DNA of 64,000 bases from contig MU004193.1 in the NCBI GenBank assembly GCA_010093605.1, positions 937,520 to 1,001,519 of the forward strand, in the 5' to 3' direction. Numbering within the stretch: position 1 is the first letter of the stretch; the number at the start of each line of letters is the position of its first letter. Position numbers and translations under genes: made by a program. The DNA is from Lophium mytilinum. Taxonomy: Eukaryota. The notes below the pieces were generated by a model. The model did not search any database. It saw only the letters and a program-made list of their open reading frames with translations, and was not told the origin of the DNA. This document shows, one piece after another, positions 49,071-60,593 of the stretch.

Positions 49071-49965
49071 ATGTCTCTCCTCTCATGTCCCCCATCCAAA
49101 AAGCTCTCCCCCACCCGCCCCAGCTTCCCCGACCTCCCCTCCGAGCTCCGCATCCGCATCTACCACACCCTCCTCCTCATCCCCGGCCTCCTCATCTCCC
49201 CACGCCTCAAAACGACACCCGCGACCTCAGCCGTGCTCCATGCGCTCAAACCCCCGCACCACCGCGCCAAACCCTCCGCCTCCGCTCTCAAAGTCTATTC
49301 CATCTGCCGGCAAATCACTGCTGAAGCCCTGCACGAGTTCTACTCCCAAAACACCTTCTGCGCCGCAAACGGCTGCATAAGCATCCGTTATAGGATGATC
49401 ACAGGAGCCGGCGATCCGCATGAGGATGGAGTGATCTACACGCTCAACCCTCAGAAACCTCTGAGGGCCGTGGAACCAGAGTACGTGCATCTGGTCAGAG
49501 AGCTGGGATATGTAATTCCACCGGTGGCCTGCCTGAGGAACCGCGCAGTGATGGACTTCGTACGACCCGTGCAAGAGGCTTTCCCAGCCTTGCGCAAAGT
49601 CGTGTTCTTTATACGTACCAATTTTGATGCGACGGATCTTGCGGAAGAGATTGGGCATCCGTGGTTTGATTGGGAGTTTCTTCAGGGGGATCTTGATGGA
49701 GAAGTGATGGATAGGATTCAGGAAGATGTCACGGTTTTAGTTAAGGAGAAGTTAGACAGAGCTTTTTTTTGGGGTGGGTGAAGCGACAAAGCAAATCCCT
49801 GGTTGGGTCGAGTTCGAGTTTGTTATGCCTAGAGCAGGGAGATGTTCGGGGCACTGGTACTTGAAGTATTGGCTGGAAATATATCTAAACGCGATTTGGA
49901 AGGGGCGGGGCGTATTTGCGTTGAAAGATTATATTGAGAGGGTAGAACGAGAGAGCTTGTGGTAA
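49071..49965 (+). CDS. F-box-like/2EXR-type protein with an apparent +1 frameshift in a T8 run near the 3' end
   Basis: SFPDLPSELRIRIYHTLL..SICRQITAEA..FYSQNTF. The frame stops at 49781, but IPGWVEFEF, resembling VPDWVELKF of the upstream paralog, continues in the +1 frame. Confidence 0.65.
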
Positions 49966-50363
49966 ACTACCTGGAGAACGAAGGTCGGATGTCGGAGGGC
50001 GCAATTTTGGGGGGCGCGTTTGGGATGAAGTTTCCTTCATGTCGCGAGACTGGTCAAGGGCTGGAGCTGAAAACGACGTGTTATTTCGAAAACCGGAGCG
50101 ACTCTGGCGAGGAAGACTTGAAAAGTTATACGTAGGCGTCCAGTATCGTTTATAGTGGTCTAAGTTCCCAAACTGTCAAGGTGACAACTGAAATAGTAAT
50201 TTTGGGCTGAATCAAAGACGAGTGTGATCATGATGAAATTGATAGAATCAGGTACCCAGGATGTCGACTCGAACACTCAAAAAGGAGCAAAATCAAAAGG
50301 AGCCTCTCCAATCCAACAAGAAACCCACCTTGAAACCCAAAAGTCAAAACCTGCTCTCTGAAA

Positions 50364-52168
50364 TTACTCCACACAAGAAACAAGCAGCCTCTCTTGGTCG
50401 CCTCTTGTCTCGCCCTTGATACGGTTGATAAGCGTCGTCTTGTACTTCGCCTTGAACGCAGCTTCGACCTGGTTCATGTACTGCCGGTTCCAGTGAATGC
50501 GGACTACGCGGTCGACCAGAAGCTTGTCTTTGGTACCCATACCAGCCATCGTAGCCTCCAGCTGATCCGCATCGCTCGCCGCACGGTCGATACCGCGGGC
50601 AATGATGAGAAGAAGTGCGTCCTCCATGTGGCCACTGAAACGGCCCTTCACCACGCTAGCAAGGGACTTGTGGAATTTCTGCTGATAGCCTTGGGCGATG
50701 GCGCGAATTTGGTTATCATTCCGGCTGGTCAAGATCTGGCAAACCTGGACGGCATCCTTGTTGATCGCGTTGCCGAGGGAGCGCTGGAGCTCAGCGATGT
50801 CCTGGTCGATCTGCTGCGGGATGACGGGAACCGAGTCTTCGTTGCGGCGCGCTCCGATGACCATCATGTACATCTGCTCGGTGGCACCGGAGAGATCGCC
50901 CCTGAGGTCGGCTTCGAGAGTCTTGTGGAAGATGGTCTGATACTCGGCTTTGATGGCGTTGATGTCCGCGTTGCTTCTGCAAAGAAGGACGTCGTCAAGA
51001 ACAGTTTCCTTGGTTCCGAAACCTTCTAATTTGTTAATTTAGCTAGAGAGACTGTATCGCATGAAGCAGTCGCGTACCTTTCATCGCTTCATACAGCATG
51101 TGGGCATCGTGAGTTAGCGGACCCCAAACAAGGGCTACAAGTCCTTGCTCGAGGTAGCCAGAAGTCTCTCTCTTGATCTCTGTGATTAGATCCTTCTTGT
51201 ACTTGGCACTGTATTGCAGGCGAATGCTATTCATCTTAGCGGGATCGGGTTTTGACAGGACGCGGATGAGCTCCTTCTCATTGGTTCCGATCCCCTTCAT
51301 AGCTCTATCGATAATCAGTTGATGTTCCATCATAGTGACACAAAGAGAGCCTTACTTTTCGACAACCGTGACCTCGGCATCGGAAGGAACTTGGGGCAAT
51401 TGGCTAGGTGCGTATCCGAAAGTCGGAGGAGTTGGCACAGCATACGGAGCCTGAGCTCCATAAGCAGGCTGCCCATATTGACCGGGTGGCGGCGCTCCAT
51501 ATGCGCCTGGTTGCCCCGGTGGAGGTCCTTGACCATACTGCTGTGGCGGGGGAGCTCCATATTGCTGCGGTCTGACGCGTGTAAGCTATTTGTCAAGAAG
51601 ACGGCCACGGAAGAAGAGGTTAAACACTCACGGCGCTCCGTATTGACCCGCAGGGGGGTGTCCGTACTGTTGGGGCGGAGGTGCTCCGTACTGGCCGGGA
51701 GGAGGCTGTCCATACTGGCCTGGAGGAGGCTGTCCATATTGTTGCGGCCTGGTAGAGCTGTAAGATGATTGTCGCAACCACGACTAGATTCAGACTCACG
51801 GCGGATACTGCTGCTGCGGAGGGTAACCCGGCGCCGGCGATCCTGGGTATTGACCTTGTTGTCTGGTAACTGTAAGACGGCTGTTGCGACCAATAGTTGC
51901 ATTCTGGACACTCACGGCGGAGGATATCCCTGCGGCGGTGGTGCTCCGTATTGACCTTGAGGAGGAGGGGGGCCGTAGCCTTGCTGCTGAGGAGGATAAG
52001 GAGATCCCTGGGGTGGGTATTGAGGCGGTTGACCGTAGGGCGGCTGCGGCGAGTCTGATTTGTGAATGTTAGTTGAGCTCCAGAGGCAATTGGAATATGC
52101 GCAAAGCTTTAATAGGTAGAAAGCTGTACTTACGGCCTTGGGGAGGGTACTGTGGATAGCCAGACATG
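50364..52168 (-). CDS. Annexin (fungal, annexin A7-like) with a long Pro/Gly/Gln/Tyr N-terminus, about 7 exons
   Basis: AMKGIGTNEKELI, ETSGYLE, AMKGFGTKE, DLSGATE, FSGHMED, MAGMGTKD and ETRGD annexin repeats. ATG at 52168. Confidence 0.93.
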
Positions 52169-53070
52169 GTGATGGTGCTTTGTATAAACCCAAGTCTTGC
52201 GCCTGTAGGTGTCTAGGCAATGCTAACCTCAAAGAAAGTAAGTATTGAATCGTCGCAACTCGTATAGACCTCTCACTTACTGCAAATATTACAGTAGCGC
52301 TATGCACTTCTCGTGGGAAAGGATTGTGTGTAGCAGAAAGGACGTGGGGAAGATGGAGGTAGGAGAGCTGATGACAGAATTAATGGAGGGGCGGGCCATG
52401 ACATATGATGGCGCGCAAGCACTGCCCCGCCGGACCTCGAGACCTGCCATGGGACGGAAAGGTGGCGGTGCTCGAGTTCCAAGCATTTGGCGCGTGGCTG
52501 CCTACGAAACCAGAACACGAGAGGAATGGTGAACTGGCTGATCCCTCAAAGGGGGCGAAGTCTGCCGGCTCCCGGCAAGAGAGGCGTCTTGGACTCTTGG
52601 CATTGAGGCTGATGTTTCCGAGATCGCCTTACATATATCACGTGATGAGATATTGCGCCGCAGATTCAGAAGTAGTTATTCTATTCTATAAGAGACTGGT
52701 ATTGATCTTGAAGACAGCTTCTTTGTTTCACTTCGTATCGCAAGACAACTACCCCCCAGCGCTTGATCTGTTAATGTAGAGAACATCGCTGAGGTGCTTT
52801 CGCCGAATTTGGAAAATGGGCACTTGGGTAAGAAAAATCAGGGATGACATTTACAGGCTTTTGGCACAATGGTGCCACCCCAGAGTCACTTAAGCGTGAA
52901 TAAGCAGCGGGTTTCATTGGACATCGAGATTTGCGGCACTGTGAGCTTGTAGCGCCTCATCCTGAAGAATAAGTTGGGGTAAATATAGATACATCCAAAT
53001 GTTCTCAAACATCCCGCAAAATACACCTAGCCTCGAATCCTAGGGAATAACCTTGAGATGCCTCAGCCTC

Positions 53071-54669
53071 TCACTTATTCTTCGCCGCCATCACCTTGAT
53101 ATGGCTCCAGTCATAGCTATCTTCTCCCAAACTCCACGCCATGACCCCACCCAGCTTCAAAGGCTTCACAATTTGGTCAAATTTTTTCTCCATCAGGTCC
53201 ACAGTATCCCACGTCCAGAACAAACGCTGAGCAAATTCGTAATAGTACTGGCCTCCCGCCGTCGTATCTGTGAATCCTTGAGACCTCGCCTTCGTCCATG
53301 ACCCTAGCACATCCGCATCTTTACACCCACCGTTTGAAAAGACATGCTGGCACCCTCCTTTGCAATAGTCGTCGGTGGTCCCACAGTAACCAGCATACGA
53401 GCAGCAAGAGCCCGCGGGACACGAGTGCCCGTTCGCACCGCACGAGCCGTCACTTGAAACCGTGATGCTGCCGGCGGCAGGAAGCGGCGCCATGTTGGCT
53501 GTTTCGAACGTTACTGTGCCGGAGAGCTTGGTGTCGGCGCCGGTGATGGGATCTTCGAGTTGTGCAAGCGGGCAGCCGAGGGGAGTTTGGCAGTCGCCCT
53601 TGGTGGTGTACCACTTGGCGTAATATGCAAAGCCCAGGTTTATCTTTGCTGGGTCAAGCCCAACGCCTATGTAGCTTTGAATGGAATCGTGGGAGTCATG
53701 GATGGAAGTGTGGTGGCCGGTCACGTCGTTCCGGCGGTTGGAGAGGTCGTAGGTCATGATCTACAGAATGTAGTGAGTTTATGCGACTTGCAAGTGTCTC
53801 CAACTCTTTGCTATGGACCACTTACATTGACGAAATCTACGTGTGGCCAGATGTTCGGGCCCGTCTCCTTAGTATAGGCCATCATGTAAGTCGACTTTCC
53901 GGGCACCGCGATAGACAGTATCTTCGTGCCGATGGCCGTGCGAATAGCAGCGAGCATCTTGGGAAAATTTGCGATCTCGTCCGCCGGGCTCCCTGCGTCA
54001 GTCTTGTAGTTCTGCCCGTTACCGCCGGGATACTCCCAGTCGATGTCAACCCCGTCCGCACCAGTGGTCTCCAACATTGTGTTCACAGCTGTTGCGAAAG
54101 CGGCCATACTAGCCGGGTCTTTCGCTCTTGCCCCGAAGCCTGGCTCCGGTTGACCCCAGCCACCGATGGTGATCATGACCTTGACGTCCTGGCCATACTC
54201 GGAGCGGATTGTATCGACGGACACGAAGGGGTGGTAGGTCTCTAGCGAGTTCGCGTCCGCAAATCCAAGCACGACGTGCGTAATGCCGGCACGGTCTTCG
54301 GCTTTACCGGGGCGGCTTGGATGCCATCTACAGGAAGAGTCAGCGGATCAAGGGCGAGAAACTTCGATGGTTAACGAGAACGGGAATAACCAAAACAAGA
54401 AAGGAAAACGACTTCAAGCGAAACTAATTGAAAAAATAACGAAGCAATAACAACGAGGTTGTGGAGCAGCGGGTAGCAGATCGAACATTTCGCGCAACTG
54501 AGTCCGTTCTCAAGGCGTACGTATCATGAAAAACCATTTGCAGTGCTTCTAAGGGCGATAAAAAAGAATGTACTTACTGATCGTGATACATCACGAATCT
54601 TTTTGGGGCCTGGGCTACTGCAATGCCCCAGCTAGTCGCCATGACGGCGAAGATGCTAGAAGTACGCAT
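53071..54669 (-). CDS. Secreted GH18 chitinase with a hevein/CBM18 module inserted in the catalytic domain, 3 exons
   Basis: Signal peptide MRTSSIFAVMATSWGIAVA; TIGGWG; GADGVDIDWEYPGG (DxDxE); MTYDL; CGANGHSCPAGSCCSYAGYCGTTDDYC; GGVMAWSLGED. Confidence 0.92.
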
Positions 54670-55280
54670 TTCGAGGTCGCTTCTGAGAACCGGTAACGAT
54701 ATGTTTCTAGAAAGGAACTAGCACGCTGCTGTTCTCTGACCACGGTACTGTGAACGATAGTGCGAAGTCGGCTGAGATGATTGAAGGGAGAGTATAGAGA
54801 ATAATGCGCTTGGTACGGATGAGGTGCCTCAATAGTTATATAAGGACTTCGGATGCTGTGCTCTTGAATGAAGAAGACGATAGAATGACTGAAGTAAAGA
54901 AGAAACCTTCCATTGCATGCGACGAGCGTTCCTACTTATACCCACGATTACCTCTGATGCATCGGGTGCTCTAATCCCGCGATATAGCTACGGCCACCAC
55001 TTGGTAAGTGTCTGAAACATTTCCATAATATAAGAGGCGTCGTACGGTCCGTACTGTGCCCTACGGCACATTTCATCTGCGCAACTGTTCACCCTTCGCT
55101 CAAGGAGAAATGCGCTCGGTTCGAGGCAAGGGCCAGCGTGAAGGAGGAGCTTGAGGGAAAGAGGCATTTCTTTATTGAGAAGTACAATTGCGGAAGACAA
55201 TTCTGAACATAAAAGTTTCTCTTGGTTCCGTTTCTGAGGAGTTATATTTGCTTCCCTACTTGCGGATTGTAACTGCCTGA

Positions 55281-55352
55281 GGGCCTGGTGCTACAACCTT
55301 TACAAGGGGCCTGGTGCTACAATTACAAGGGGCCTGGTGCTACAGTTACAAG
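55281..55352 (+). repeat. 23-26-bp tandem repeat x3 (GGGCCTGGTGCTACA..TTACAAG) in a divergent promoter region
   Basis: Units at 55281-55306, 55307-55329 and 55330-55352. Confidence 0.9.
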
Positions 55353-56098
55353 GGGTGGCGGTGCAACTTTGGGCGGCGTGGAGTGGACCTCTTACTGTGC
55401 CGTGGCTATTCAAAGCCCATATTACCTAGGTAGGCCCGGAGGATTGTGCTCGTTTCGAAACTCGAGATGCGCCGTCGGATAGTGGGGTACTGATGATGGA
55501 GAAGAGGCACGAGGTCTGCAAAGAAGACTCGTTTCATTAAAATTGAGCTTACCGATTTGGGTTATATGCACGTGACTGAAATAGTCTATTCCTGGCGTCT
55601 GTGGAATTGATATATGCAGCTTTTGTATATTCTTCAAACACTTCGTGACTCTATGGTCGTAAGAGTAACGCCATTTGAATAGGGCGACTTGTGTTTCGCC
55701 GACCCAGCTTCGGACAGCGTCACAGAAAGCGCAAACGATGATACACTTCACCGTGATTCCCAAACTCACAACGAGCAGCTGTCCTTTCTGTCTTCTAGCT
55801 ATTGTGTGATTTGTCGCTACATCGAAACCTAACCATGTTTTACAAGCTGGTACGCCTCATTCTATTACCCATGGACCGTTCGAGCAAAACCACGGTTCGC
55901 TGTGGCCGCGCTCTGAACTCGACGAATGGTACCGCGGTCCTGTGTCAAGCCCACTATTCCTAGAGGATTCCTTCCGTTAGCCCTTTTCCTATAACCTTTT
56001 CATGGGATCTGAAGATTCAGGACGACTTCTTCCTCTTTCTTCTCCCAAGCAGATCCACGCAAAGAGTTCAAATAGGCACCTGACCTTCAACCAATACC

Positions 56099-56542
56099 AT
56101 GACACCAACCCAACTTCTCGCCTCCTTCGGCCTGGGTGCGGCTATTGCCTCCGCCTCTACCCTCGCTCCCCGTGGTAACGCTCGTCACGGTCTGCTTGAG
56201 ATTGAGTCTCTGTCGTGCACCATTCCTGCTACCTCTTTCCCTAGCCCTATCATCGCGATCCACCCTAGCGTCCAGGTCTTTAGTGTCGCTGACTCCACTG
56301 GATACGCCATTGCCACTGCTGTGACCCTCCAGACCATAGTCGCTCGCGACAGCAACCGCCACGGGCCATACGAAACGGAGGTTCTTTCGTTTAGCACTAC
56401 TATTACCACCACCACCTCCTCCACCGTTTTTGTCGCCTCATCCAGCACTCTGATGTCCACCACTCGCACCACTGCTACCGCGTCTTCTTCTCAAAGTCAC
56501 AGCATACCTTTCAATGGATGGAGTTATATGCCGCCTAAATAA
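56099..56542 (+). CDS. Small secreted Ser/Thr-rich protein
   Basis: Signal-like N-terminus ending in LAPR and a Thr/Ser-rich tail. No recognised domain. Confidence 0.5.
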   Translation: MTPTQLLASFGLGAAIASASTLAPRGNARHGLLEIESLSCTIPATSFPSPIIAIHPSVQVFSVADSTGYAIATAVTLQTIVARDSNRHGPYETEVLSFSTTITTTTSSTVFVASSSTLMSTTRTTATASSSQSHSIPFNGWSYMPPK

Positions 56543-57671
56543 GCATTTGGGCGTTGAAGAGAAAAGATACATTTCCAGTGCGCGAAGATCCAAAAGCCGG
56601 AGGCAGCGCAGTCGAATGATTCACGTAACACATCCTGGCCTTTAGGAGCAAGGTTTTCGATTTGGCGCTCGATTGTTAGAAGCTGTTAAATCATCCTACA
56701 GAAGTATCTTATGGCTGTCGGAGCTATACTCTTGCTGATGGCTTTAAGAAAGAGCGGGTTGAGATAAGAAAAGCAAGGATGCCGCATTTTACTCTGTTTA
56801 TCTGCATGCTCCACGGTGTAAGAAAGAGAGTTGATTCGCCTCTGCTTGAGGCAAACGGCCTCTTGTATGAGTTGTAGAATGACCTAGAGGTTGATCGTAA
56901 CCGGTGGGCAAAGAAATCAAAGCGTGGGCGGCGTGGAGTTGGTAGCACACATAACGTGCAAGTCCAAGCATGCCTTCGCATACACAAGGCCAAAAGCTGT
57001 GCCTGGGATTGTAGTAGGGATGCGATAGGGCGTGATGAAGAGGAGAGAACTCCGGGTTGAATAGTTAGTTTTTGTTGGCGCTAATTTGGGGCTGCTAGAA
57101 TATCCTAAATAGAGCGTTAACAGGCATACACCCTTCTATCTCGCGATCAAGCTATCCTCTACCAACACCATTCCCATCCGCAGCGTTGACAAGCCGAACA
57201 CATAAAGGGGAGTAATGTGTTCACCCGCCGAGTTAACCTACTCACAGTGGTGCCTAGCTGTGTAGAACAGTTTACCACACGCTCTCGAACTTATGGATTT
57301 CATCTCCAACTGTCCTTTCGTTTCATGACGCGCTTGTGCTTCAGCCTGATTTGCTTTAATCAAGATGGTGTTTTTAATTGGTCGCAATGCCATGCTCGAT
57401 ACGCCGCGTTCGTGCAGCTGCATCGCCACAGCGTTACGGCTCATAGCCAGCTCGTAGATTCGATAAAGGCGCTGTCTGTCCGGCCTAACGCGGTAAATTT
57501 CTTATTGCTCTCTCCCTTTCGCTTTCCCTTTTCAGAGTCTGCTGAAAATACTGCAATCTTCAATTTTTTCCATCCTACAGCCGAGCTGAATTTGCCTTTC
57601 GCCGACTCTGCGATCACATCCTGGTCTCGGTCTTGGCAATAACCCAGGCTGAGCCTAGCAAGATCTCTAGT

Positions 57672-59990
57672 ATGGGCAATTGTGGAAGTGGTTTGCAGTG
57701 CGATGCATGCTACGCTAAAGGCGGCGGCTGGGAATACAATAACGTGACCGCGAAAAACGTCACCTGCAAAAGTGTTCTTGAAGCAGATGCCGATATTGTT
57801 GGCAATGGTGTAGGTTACATATCCCTCGAATACTTCTTGGTGGTGCTTAATGCCTGAAGGTTCTATTCGCATTTCTCATCTCAGCAGTTCTGACTTGCGG
57901 TGCCGTCGTCGTTGGATATTTATCTGACTCCCTTTCGGAATCTGACTGGAATCAAGTTGACGACATGTTCGTCAAATGGTTTCAGGCAACGTACCTCAAA
58001 CGAAAGATACTGCCAAAACTCTCTCATTTTTACAAGGCCTCAAAGGCATTATCCCTTCGCCGAACAGTAAATGCCGATGCATCCAGCCTTACCAGAAATG
58101 AGCGCTCAAAAGCTCTTCTGAAGTTCATCCTCGTCTTCAGCGACCAGCAACTAGTGACCGGGCTTGCAATGCTTATTGCTGGCTCGGCCAACCGATGTAG
58201 GATCTCGTATTACGAGTTCCGAGTGGTGGCATGCTTAGGTTGGTTCTCCTTAACCACACATCTGGGCACGCTCGACGTTCTCAAGTACTACATGATCCGG
58301 CACCCAACGGTCCGTAACTGGAGAGTACTAGGCATGATCGTCACAATGATTCTACTGATCTTCGCGCTGGTAACCATCGGACTTAGCGGACCAACAGGAC
58401 AGCGAAGCGATGACACATTGATCAACCCATTGCAATGTGTTTTCGACCATCCTAGCGAATTTAACTACATCGGTGTAGGCTTCACGATATCCATGATTCT
58501 CAGTCCTTACATCGGGCGAGTTCTCAGCCTATACAATTCGGATACCAAGAATGAGGAAGCTCGATATCAGGTTCAGCGGCGAATATGGCAGCGCAATAAT
58601 TCAGGAACCAAATCATCATCGCCAGAAAGCCCTAAAAACCGTACAAAAGGAGGACCAGAACATGAAGATCCTCCTCGGGGAGAGGAACGCGAAGGAATAA
58701 GGATGAGTCTTCACTCAAAGCTTTTGTTACGAAAATTCCGGATGACTAGTACGGATAAGAATCTACTGCAGAGCCTTTTCCTACAAGCTGTAGCTGAAAG
58801 ACACAGCCCCGAAGAGCGAGTCAAGCGGAGTAAGATCTCCGCGCCAGTACGAGGACGACGCGGACTTAAAACACTAGCTCGCAAATTCACGCTCAACATA
58901 GACCACATCCGGCTTTATGAGGATTCATTTCTTTCAAACTTTTCTTCAATGATCTTCTTCCTCGCATATGGACTAGCTCAGACAATCCTGGTCAGATGGA
59001 AAAATGGTCCCATGTTAGGGGAAACTGCTAGAAGAATGGATTTCGGGCAGATTGTTTCTCTCTTCCTCCTTGCACTGCCTCTATTAGCAGCGGTAGAGAT
59101 ATACAGTGGTAAGGAGCTCCTACCTAAAGAAGACTATGGTCAAGACTAACGACTGCGAAGAGGCCCAAAAAGACCACGATGCTGATAGATCTGCCTTGGC
59201 CACGCCGAGCCAGGATGGGGAGATCTCGATTCAGAACGTCAATAAAACAGCTCAACTGCCGAACCCAGTGTCTCACTCAGGTGAAGAGCGTATATCTCAA
59301 GTCTTGACGGCAGAGAGTCTCGAGATGCGACCGCTCGTCCGCAACACTTCCCGTGGAAGAACCGACGCACGTCCAAGTTCCGAGTCGACGTTACCCAGAA
59401 CCAATGCTGGTTCCATCCAAAGTGATGGCGGAAGCGTCCGGGAATCTTCCGTCCGGGACTCTTCACAAGAACCGGCCCACAGCCTTGTGACTAATCTCAA
59501 AGTCTCACAACAAGTGAAAGTTTTAGATCGCGAAGCTGCGATGGCTGGGTTCAGGTACTTCGCTTACGACGCGACCATTTCCCTTCTTGACGCAATCAGT
59601 TTGAATACCGCCAACGTATACTTCTTACTTGTTGTGATGTTTGTTCAATTAATTGTCAACTCCCGCGTTTTTGTGGTTAAAATTGGCGCTTTCAAGAATG
59701 ACCACCGTTTCTACGCCGAGCGAGTAGCAAGCCTGCTGGTCGAAGAGCTTAAATCAGTGAAGCAACATCAGCCGAACAGCCCTGCAGAGCTAGAATCCGA
59801 ACGTTCGGACTCTCGAACTTCTAGCTCGGGTAGTCAGAATACGCGCCTGGGCGTCCAGCGCACGCATACACCGGAACCGCTGGGCCATAACGATTCGGAC
59901 AACGATTGGGAAGATCAATATTCACCGAGGGCCAGTATACGACAAGATACCGAAGCTGATATGGGCATTTTACCACCTTCAAGGCTGTGA
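57672..59990 (+). CDS. Uncharacterised fungal multi-pass membrane protein, 3 exons
   Basis: EADADIVGNG|VLFAF, FSDQQLVTGLAML, LGWFSLTTHL and MDFGQIVSLFLLALP motifs. Introns at about 57810-57858 and 59109-59160. Confidence 0.78.
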
Positions 59991-60593
59991 GTCGAGCCAT
60001 ATCAGACGAAGTCCACAGAGAACGGAATATCTTAGAACGGAGCGTAGTTGGCGTAGCTTACGAATGAAGAACTTAAGTAATCTATGACTCTGCGGGTCCA
60101 CTCTCATTCATTATCCGATCCACCGATGGAGAATTTTGGGCTGGATTCTTTCTATGTCCAAAGGCGCATGCTAGCAATCGGGTTATGATCTTGATGGAGG
60201 GGGAGACCCGTTGAAGCTGAAGAGAATCTTACTCATTAGAAGGTTTTCTTGATTCCACTAACCATGTTAGACACACGAGGGTGATAGGAAACTATAATTG
60301 ACTCTCAGCCTATAGCTAAAGACTGTCAGCAAATATGCCAAATTTGGCTGCGTGCTTTCTTGCTCCGTGATCGACGGGTACGTGCTAGAAAAGTTTGCTA
60401 AAGTCGATTTCAAAATGGGACCTTGCCGGCTTCGGTATTTGTTTTATCAAGTTCAGCTTCACTGAATCTTAGTGTTCCCAGGACGCCCCCTGCGCTTACG
60501 TAATACGGCATAGACATGATATATGCAGGTGATGAAAACAGTCATCGACATTACAAGAAGGTATTCTCCCTTACACCAAGTAAACATCTACTC

